Shown one piece after another: positions 52,501-64,000 of a stretch of DNA of 64,000 bases. The stretch comes from the human T2T-CHM13v2.0 reference genome, Homo sapiens. A program made the position numbers and the translations under genes. The stretch lies in NCBI RefSeq assembly GCF_009914755.1, contig NC_060927.1; one strand, written 5' to 3'. Position 1 is the stretch's first letter. Each line of letters starts with the position of its first letter. The notes under the pieces were generated by a model. The model was not told the origin of the DNA and did not search any database. It saw only the letters and a list, made by a program, of their open reading frames with translations.

Positions 52501-53030
52501 TCAAAATTCCATTTCTCTCTTTAGACTTAAAATGTTTAGAAAAAGTAAGCAGATAACTTTAATTTTCTGTTATTTTCTTTCTCTTTCAAAGATTATCTTG
52601 CAGCAAAAGTCAACTGGTTATAAGATTGAATTCTCCTACTGCAAGTGCTTAAGCATTGGTGAAAACAGTTCCTAGGCAGGGTTTTTAAAATTCTACCAAG
52701 TATGGCATAAGTTACTGCCCAGTTACTCAGAAATCCTTATTTTTCAATGATGACAGCTACTTGAATAGAATAGAACAGAACAGAACAGAATACAATATTT
52801 GGAGTCCAAATAACAGAAACTACTAGGTTCCTGGAAAAGGGACTATTTCAATGAGAATACTATCAGGGAAAAAAACTGAGCAAACCTCAAAGTCCTTTTT
52901 ACAAAGGATTTGATAGCTAAATAATAACTTGCAATATAGTCTAGAGAGGGAGAAAAAAAATAAAGTAAAAAAAGGAAGAGTGAGTCTGAGGGCAAGTGTA
53001 AATATTATCCTTTCTATTTGCTTAGGTCAG

Positions 53031-54517
53031 TGTTATGGATTGAATGCCTGTGCCCTCCCAAAATTCATGTTGAAACCCTAACTCCTTAATGTTAGGGTAT
53101 TAAGAAGTGGGGTATTTGGGTGGTAATTAGGATTAGATAAGGTCAAGAGGGTGGAGCCCTCGTTAATGGGATTAGTGTTCTTCTAGGATTCCCAAGGCAA
53201 CTTGCTTCCTCTCTCCATCATGTTGATGTAACAGGGAGGCACAGCTGGGGCTGCACATTCCATGGAGCTGGGGGGAGCCCTGCCCTTCTGTGTTGGGAAC
53301 AGAGCTCCCCAGGTGCAGCTGTGGTGGCCCAACCTGCAGCTGCAGACCCAGGCCTCCTGCTCTACAGAGCAGGGAGAAGCCCCACCCTCCTGGGTGGGGC
53401 TACAGCCACCTAAACTGCAACTGTGGATCTGAGCCTCCCTGTGCTCTAGGGGGAGGGCTGGGAGCAGGCAGGACCTGCCTTCCCGCGAGCAGCTGCAGCC
53501 GTCCTCCCAGGTGCAGGAGCTGGGTATCTCTGCAGCCTGCACCCTTGGGGGCCCCAGGAAGGATCCCCCCAACAATCCCTGCAGGCTCGAGGGTGTCTTC
53601 TCCCGCTGCCTGGCCTCTCTCCAGCCCCCGCTCCCATCTTGGAGCAGGAGCTGGGGCTGAGCCTGGGGCATCACAAATGGCATCAGGAGGCAGACTGATT
53701 CCTGGGCAGAAGAGGGTGGGTCCCCAGTAAGGCCCCACCTTTGGACCAGGGTGGGCCTGAAGGCTGGGGGCCAAGCTGCCAGTCGGGCAGATGGGAGTGG
53801 GGACTCCTGGTGCCTCTCCCCGCCTGCCCATGGTCACCCATGGACCAATCAGCATGCACTTCCTCCCCTCTGAGGTCCATAAAAGCCCTGGGCTCAGCCA
53901 GAACAGGGCAGAGGAGGAAGAGGACAGAGAGAAGATGGGATGGGGTGACCAGCTGCAGAGAGGAGTATCCTCTAAGCTGAGAGCTACAGAGATGACCTGC
54001 CGGGAGAGAGGAACCACCCTCTCAGCTGAGAGCTTCAGAGACCTCCAAGAGCTTCAGAGACCTGCAGAGATATCCGAATGACTTGCTTGAGGAGAGGGGC
54101 CACCCTCTCCAGGGCCTCCTGTCTGCTGAGAGCTGAACACTTGAAGGGACCACCTGCCTACAGAGAGGAGCTACTCACTCATCTCAGCTGTTCTAACAGT
54201 AAATAAAACTCTTCTTCACCCTTCACTTGTCTGTGTACCTCATTCTTCCTGGATGCAGGACAAGAACTTGGGCAAAAGTGCCATGGCCACAGAGGTTTCC
54301 AGTCAGAAAAATCAACATCCCAGAGATCCCGTAACAATGTGAGGCCACAGTGAGAAGACTGCAGTCTATGAACCAGGAAGAAAGCCCTCACCAGACATCA
54401 AATTCCAGGACCCTGATCTTGGAATTCCCAGCCTCCAGAACTGTGACACATAAATTTGTGTTGTTTATAAGTCACTCAGTTTACGTCTTGTTATAGTAGC
54501 CTGAACTTATTAAGACA
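53031..54517 (+). mobile_element. MLT1A-like MaLR LTR split by a MER52-like LTR
   Basis: TGTTATGGATTGAATG...TAAGACA with 5-bp TSD GTCAG (53026-53030/54518-54522). Confidence 0.85.
53224..54336 (+). mobile_element. MER52/LTR1-group ERV1 solo LTR
   Basis: GC-rich; TGATG...GATCCCGTAACA; 4-bp TSD ATGT (53220-53223/54337-54340); CCAAT and CATAAAA at ~53845-53885. Confidence 0.8.
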
Positions 54518-55282
54518 GTCAGGAACCAAGAAAAACTAGTCTCTGGTGATCATTTGCTACTTGATGTCTTCTTTCAATGCTTTGGAAGTGGACAGGGAAG
54601 GTAGACGGAAAGGATGCAAAACATTAGTAGTTACCTTGACTGTGGCAGAAAAGGATCTGACGTTCTAAAATATAACTAAGGCCATGATTTTGCAATTATG
54701 TAAATTCTCTTTTGCAATTGATGAATAACACTAATCAAATTACATAACCATCATATTAAATTTACAGTTTCAGGCTTATTTTTTACTTTCTAACTCAAAT
54801 AATTTCCAAATTTCTAGGGACTTGACATCTTTCGATGATTTGTGGGAATTAAATTTCTATAACACACTCTACTGTTTCTGAATACACTTTTTTTTAAGAA
54901 GAAAGGAAACTGTTGTTGAATTTGTAGCAAAACTGTAGGGTTTAAGTTCTTGTGGTTATCAACATTGCAACTCTGTTAATTAGGGTTGGAACAATTCTAT
55001 TCTTTCAGTATTTGAGGAATACAGAAAACAAGAAAAGTACTCACTAAATTTATGGAACAAATTATTCCTTTCCTGTTTAGCATTAATATATTGACCTTAA
55101 AATTGTCTCTTGAAAAATGAATCACGTTTCCAATCCTTAGGGATACTGCAGTGGATGCCTTTTCTCTTATCAAGTACAAATGACCCACTGAAAAAACAGG
55201 CTAGCACAAGTAAAAGTAGAAAATGCTTTCTGCTTCTCCAATCAAATAAAACTGACACCGAACATCATAAAAATATACGTTA

Positions 55283-57865
<2,583 letters not shown>

Positions 57866-58912
57866 TCAGGTTCTAGTACTCTGCCACTGTGCAGAATTCA
57901 AGGGTTTGGAGTCACAGACCACAGAGGTCAAATACAGTTCCAATGCTTACTAGCCTTGTAATCTTATGACTTAATTTCTCTGAGCTTCAGTTTCTGCCTC
58001 TGAAAAATGGGAGCACATCATCTTATGGCATCATTGTGAGTATTAAAAAGCATAGTTAGCACCTATGACAGGATCTACTGCATTGTAAGTATTAAATAAA
58101 TGGGATTTTTGCCTACTTTTCTCCCCATGTGATGGAAATAATACTTTCCCTGGGTTCCTGTTAGTATATTAAGAAAATTCCAAGGCTGGAATTATGCAAC
58201 ATTAAAATTAGAAGGAACCAAGGGCTGTCAATTTTACCTCTAAATCTTTTCTCGAAATCTTCCATTTCTTAGCATTTCTCCTAGTATCAAGCTGGTATAG
58301 GCTACCATCATCTCTCATCCTATTACAATGACCTCCTTCAAACCAGCCCTCAAAATCTCTATCTCTTCACCCTCTCCTCACTCCATTCTTGCATAGCAAC
58401 AAGACACATGCTTAAAACTCTCTCATGTGCACTTAGAATAAAATCCAAACTTTATCATAGCCTTCAAGACCTGACACGGGCTGACTTGCCCAAATTTATA
58501 TTTGCCACTTTCCCTCTTGCTCACTTCCCAGTACAATGTCCTTCTTTCAGAATTTTAGTAGTTACCCTCCTTGCCTCTGGGCTTTCCCATGTGCCTCTGT
58601 CATTTTGTCTCAAGGCATTCTGTAGGTCTTCATAGAACTCATAACCACTGTAATTAAATAATGAGGTTCATAGTTAGTTGTTTAATGTCTGTCTCCTGGA
58701 TCATGTTCACCATTGTATCCCCAATACTTGGGACAGTGCCTGACACAGGGCAGGTATTCAATAAATATCTATTGAAGAGTAAATGAAGAGACATCTTGCC
58801 CAAATGCTTCATTTGTAGATTAGAAAGCTACAGTTAGGATACGCTACAGTTAGGATACAAGTGACTTGCCTAAGGCTGGAGCACCAAGAGTTCTTTTTTC
58901 CCAGGCCAATAT

Positions 58913-59244
<332 letters not shown>

Positions 59245-60199
59245 TTCCCAGGCCAATATTCTTTTGCTCCACTTAACTCTGAGGTCCCTTCTACCTTTAA
59301 CGTTCTGTTATCTCTGAAAATACAATAAAGTGTGAAAATATCTTACAGATGGAAGATACCTCTTTTTCGTTTTGTACAATACATTTGGCTCTATTTCCCA
59401 CTCCCCCACCGGGCACTTTTATTATCCTGTTTCTCTGCTTCCTCCTAAAGTTAAATTTAACATATTTACTGCATAATCTAGTAGGTGAAGCAGATAATTC
59501 CTGTAAACAAGGAATCATATCCAATAAGGTAAATGCAAAGGCAAGATGAATGAAGCACAGAGAAAGTACAGCATAGGCTGTACTTTTTTGTGCAGGGAGT
59601 AGTAACGAAAAAAATTGTTGTGCAGGGAGTAGTAAAAAAGGAATCACAGAGATGATTAACTTGAGATAGCTTTTGAAGGATGATAGGCGTTTGCCAGGTG
59701 AAGGAAACATTCCAAGCAAGGGAAACAGCACGTGTACAGAGGCACTGCATCCATTCAACACATACTGAGTGCCTACCAGCAACTCCAAGCTGCTTTCTCT
59801 ACGTGGGAAAATGCATAGGTCACTGAACTCCACAAATGGTAGTTGGTACTGCCACAGAGAAGAGGAAGCTGCAAATGTAGTGGAAAGCAAGGGTTAGATC
59901 AGAGCACCTTGTACGCCACGCTCAAAGGCACGTACTTTGATCTATAGAGATGGAAATCCACGGAAGACTTTTGAGCAAAGAAGTGACAACCTCTGATTTA
60001 CATCTGTTTTGAGTTTCCACTCAGTTTGGATCACGCCCCAGATTCAATAAGGAAGACAGAAAAAATGCCTCGAGAATCTGCATAGGCCAAACACAACACA
60101 CCAAACAGTCACACATGCGAACATACTAGGTATTTACAACAACTTGCTGAGATGGTTGGGCAGAACTCACTACCGCACAGTTAAAGAGAAAGCTTGGAA

Positions 60200-61250
60200 A
60201 TAGTTACGTGACAAACGTTGAGGTGCCCAGGCCCGGCGCCCCAGGGTTCCCGGACACCGCCCGAGGCCTCCCCACCCTCCGGCACACACCCGCTCACCTC
60301 TGCAAGTTCTCGATCTCAGCCGGGATGCTCTGCAGTTGGTTGCCGCCCAGGCTCAGGGTCTGCAGCGCGCGCAGCTCTAAGAGCGAGGCAGGCACCTCCT
60401 GGAAACAGTTGCCGCTGAGGTTGAGCACCTGGAGGCTGCGGCAGAGCGGCGACTGGGCCAGGCCCTTGGGCAGCGCACTGGGCCCGCCGAGCCGGTTGTT
60501 CTTAGCCAGCAGCGTGCGCAGGCCGCGCAGAGCGAGCAGCTCCGGCCCGAGCGCGGTCAACGCGTTGCCGCTCACGTCCAGCAGCTGGAGGTGCGGGAAG
60601 CCGCTGCCCAGCGCCCGTGGCAGCGACACCAGACGGTTGTGAGGCAGCAGCAGCCGCAGCAGCGCCTCCCGCGCCCCGCGCCGCTCCTCCCCCCGCGCCT
60701 CCAGCTCAGACTCCAGCGTCTCGGTGGACACGCTGAGGCGGGACCAGTTCAGTTCGGCCTCCCCGGCCGTGACCACCGCTGCTCCGGCCTCCTCCATCCT
60801 GGCCACCGCACGGCGCGTGGCGCCGGATTCCCCAGAGCGCCGCGCGCGGTCCAGAGGCCGGGAGCTCTGCGGCGCCCCGGAACCTGAACCGAGGGCTGAG
60901 TCGGAAGTGGCGCGGGCGGGCGCAAACCCTGCGCGCCTTGGCCGAGTCACGCGACGCGAGTCCTGGGGTGCGCGCGCCGCTCCGGGGCGGGCTCTGCCTC
61001 ACGAGGCGCGGGGCGCGGAGTGGCAAGAGCGCAGCATGGGCTGCGCAGAACTGAGGCAGACACCCAGAGGCTGCCAAATTGTCATCTGAGCCGGACCGGG
61101 TTTCGGCGGCCGCGCTTTATAGTCGCTGGAGCCTGGTGACCTATTCCAGGGCTACAAGACTGCCTCGGCAAACAGCCCAAGGATGTTCGGTTATCTCGCC
61201 TTGAGGGTTCGCGCGTCACGTGCCCCCCCCGTCCCCCGCTTGTTTTTCAG
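60200..61250 (-). promoter_or_regulatory. LRRC58: CpG island / LRRC58 promoter
   Basis: Very high GC and CpG; ETS motif CGGAAGT (60902-60908); GC boxes GGGCGG; E-box GTCACGTG (61215-61222); minus-strand TATAAA (61116-61121). Confidence 0.85.
60298..60797 (-). CDS. LRRC58: LRRC58 coding exon 1 (start codon and five LRRs)
   Basis: ATG at 60797 in a strong context (AGGATGG); MEEAGAAVVTAGEAELNWSRL...IPAEIENLQ; donor AG|GTGAG; 500 nt. Confidence 0.96.
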
Positions 61251-62322
61251 TTTAAAAGTGGGGCCCGTGTCTGCAGGACTCTGTGAGCACACAGTAATTT
61301 AGTGGTGATTTAGCTCCATGACAGAAAACCGCAGGAATTTAAAGTCCGAGGATTAACAAAGCCGACCTCGAAATGTGAACGCAGCTGGACTAGACCTCAG
61401 AACCCCCGGACCCTTACTGGAGGTTCCGCTGTTAAATAGCCTAGGGCAGGGATTTGATTTCAGTTGCCCCATGCATAAAATATGGGTAACACCCGCACTA
61501 CTTGCCCCACAGAATTATTTTTTTCTTTTTTAAGGCAGAAATGTGTATCAAGTAAGGACGTTTTGCCCGTTTTAATTGTAGAAGCACATACGTGGCTTTT
61601 GGTGTAAGTTGTGTCTAGGAGTGAATTTGGGAGATATGGAGGCGGTTGCATGATTTGAGATAGCTCAAATTAATGAGTTAGTTTAAAAACTCAAAGCATA
61701 GAGTTTGTACTGCAGGTCAAAACTACAGTTTGGGAAAATCCTGATCTGGTACTAATTTAGTAATTCTAATTAACGTATTTTTCATCCTTGTCCCAAACTC
61801 AATCTTTTCTGAAATTACATTTTATGATTTTGAAAAGTAATGAATAGAAATGAGAAAAAATGCTTAGCTTTTTTTTTTTTTTAACAAAGCTTATACATAA
61901 GAAAGTTAAGTGGTCGTGTATAATCAACGACATTAAATTGCTTTCCTCCTTAAAAAAGGAAAGTCGTTTTTTTCTTGCCAGTCATTTATTTGTATGAGAA
62001 ACTATGCCTTTACTCTGCAGTCAAACTTTAATTTCTGATTGAGTGGTAGTCCTAGAAGGACGTACTTTGTATGTTTAAGCTAATGGTGGAATGCTTTTTA
62101 AAACTGATGAGTCATCTGTTTTGAAAGAGTCCTTTTAAGAACAGACCTTATTTTGGGTCAAGCCAGCATTCTAACAGTAGTCCTAATATCTGAAAATAAC
62201 AAATATTTAAAATAATAGTTGTTTTTGCTTTAAAATATTTATCTTGGATTTTAAAAAGTGATAGGAACGTAATGTAAAATGAGAAAAAGAAAGGATTCAA
62301 ACATAATTCAGAAATAAGAGTT

Positions 62323-62600
62323 GGCCAGGTGCCATGGCTCATGCCTGTAATCCCAGTGCTTTGGCCCAGGCCAGCAGATCGCTGAGGTCAGGAGTTCCAG
62401 ACCAGCCTGGCCAACATGGGGAAACCCCGTCTCTACAAAAAATGCAAAAATTAGCCGGGCCTAGTGGCGCTCGCCTGTGGTGCCAACTACTACACAGGCT
62501 GCTGGGAGGATTGTTTCAGCCTAAGAGGTAGAGGTTGCAGAGAGCCATGATTGTGCCACTGCCCTGCACTTTTTTTTTTTTTTGTCTCAAGAAAAATAAA
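62323..62600 (+). mobile_element. Diverged Alu (AluJ-like) with an internal poly-T
   Basis: Alu consensus with deletions; AAATAAGAG duplication on both flanks. Confidence 0.8.
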
Positions 62601-64000
62601 ATAAGAGGTAAGATTACAAATCAGTGGAATTAAAGGGAAAAAGATAACCTCAATAATAGCAAATGAGGCTTCCTAGTAGAAAGTTTGGAAAAAAATACTT
62701 AGTATGGGAACTCCACATTATATAGAATAAAGGAAAGGAAGTAGAAAAAAAGTGGTGTAGGTAAAGAAATGAGTAACCTGACAAATTTTGAAAACCTACT
62801 GCTTGCAACGCTGTACTAGGAGCTTTTAATTTAATAAAGTCTCCAACTATTTGGTTGTTGAATTTAGGATAAATGTAACCAGACCATTGAGCAGCTAAGA
62901 TAACTGAGAAACTGCTTTCTAAAAGTTGAAAACTGTGTTTCTGCCTCATTGAAGCTATTGGCAAGGAAACTGTAAATTTCAGTGTAAAATGCACATCTCA
63001 TGTCCAATTAGAGTAGGTTCCTACTTACATAGAATGACTATCTTTATTCATTTTTGGATTCTCCCTCACACCACCACCATCCCCCATTGCCTAGTATGAT
63101 TTCTTGCAAATAATTTGGATTGACTGAGTTGGATATATCTCTTAGTTAGTGGACTTATTTTTTGAATAATTAGAGTAAATTGTAAAGTCCTTGAAAAGAA
63201 CTGTCTTATTATTATATACCCATCCCCTAACAGTGCCTGCTCCACAGTAGGTACAGGTACTCTATATCTTTTGAAACACTGAATATATTTGTAAATATTA
63301 AGTTTTAGTTGAAAAGGAATTTTTATTTATCAAACACCTTTTATCACAAACCTTAAAAAATGTAATTCTTAGGTTATCGCCACATTTATAAATAAGAATG
63401 TTTATCCTCATTTTAGAAATGAGGGAACTCAAGCTCAAAAATGATGAGTAAAGTCTGCTATCACAGAGAGTGAAAGGCTAATTAGAAATTCAGCCTTAGG
63501 GCTGTGTGGCTCCAAAGTCTATGTTCTTTCCACTACACTACACTGCTCTCTTGAGCTTAGTTTTTTTTGTTTTTTGTTTTAAATGATTCAAAGCAATAAG
63601 ATCTTCCAAATAGTGTCAGTATTACAAGTGGCATCTATCCATTGATGGTACTTTGAAATATTGTGATTGTTGGAATTATACGGCACTTGTCTTAAGGATT
63701 GGGGGTTTTGTGGGCTTCATACACAAAACTGGAGCAGAGGCACCTGAACCAAACATAATTTGGGGTGCTGTCCTTGTATCATATGACGTCACTTTAGAAC
63801 CTATGTTGATCGGAGCCATAGTGGACATCTGACCAAGGTAAGCCCATCAACAGACTGCCTGGTGGCCTGTCACTTATAAGGCACTGCCCAAACAGAAGCA
63901 GAGATTATTTTTTTTTCTCACTCGCCCAGGAATTTAATCCAAAGAACCCAGAGGGAAATTCCAGTTGGTGGCAGATCAGAAAGAAATTACAGTTGAATCA

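Noticed and set aside
53183-54081. Overlapping 146-205 aa ORFs in intron 1
   Set aside because: They fall in the GC-rich MER52-like LTR
59297-59890. 197-aa hydrophobic minus-strand ORF
   Set aside because: Non-ATG start, low complexity, overlaps an L2 remnant, no recognisable domain

Overview
Human (primate) genomic DNA, very rich in repeats. It holds one complete protein-coding gene, LRRC58, on the minus strand: 4 coding exons (60797-60298, 47488-47360, 46674-46397, 42946-42738) that splice via GT-AG junctions into 1116 nt = 371 aa. The gene has a CpG-island promoter (~60.2-61.25 kb) and a probable ~6.6 kb 3'UTR ending near 36.14 kb. The protein reads as 9 LRRs, a SOCS/BC-box, a Cys-rich module and an acidic Ser tail, i.e. 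an Elongin B/C-cullin E3 substrate adaptor. The left half is intergenic. It contains a processed PTOV1 pseudogene (18.1-19.7 kb), two old near-full-length L1PA13-16-type LINE-1s, a solo LTR12C, LTR9-, MER4A1- and THE1-like solo LTRs, a truncated HERV-E/Harlequin provirus and many Alus; intron 1 adds a human-lineage AluYb8. Best leads: the E3-adaptor/Cys-sensor architecture of LRRC58; three miR-124 8mers and a Pumilio cluster in its 3'UTR; a probable L1 3' transduction; and a CpG-retaining PTOV1 retrocopy whose longest surviving ATG-initiated ORF is exactly one circularly permuted PTOV domain. Most ORF-track entries are repeat-derived noise. Repeat subfamily names come from recalled consensus sequences and need RepeatMasker/Dfam confirmation.
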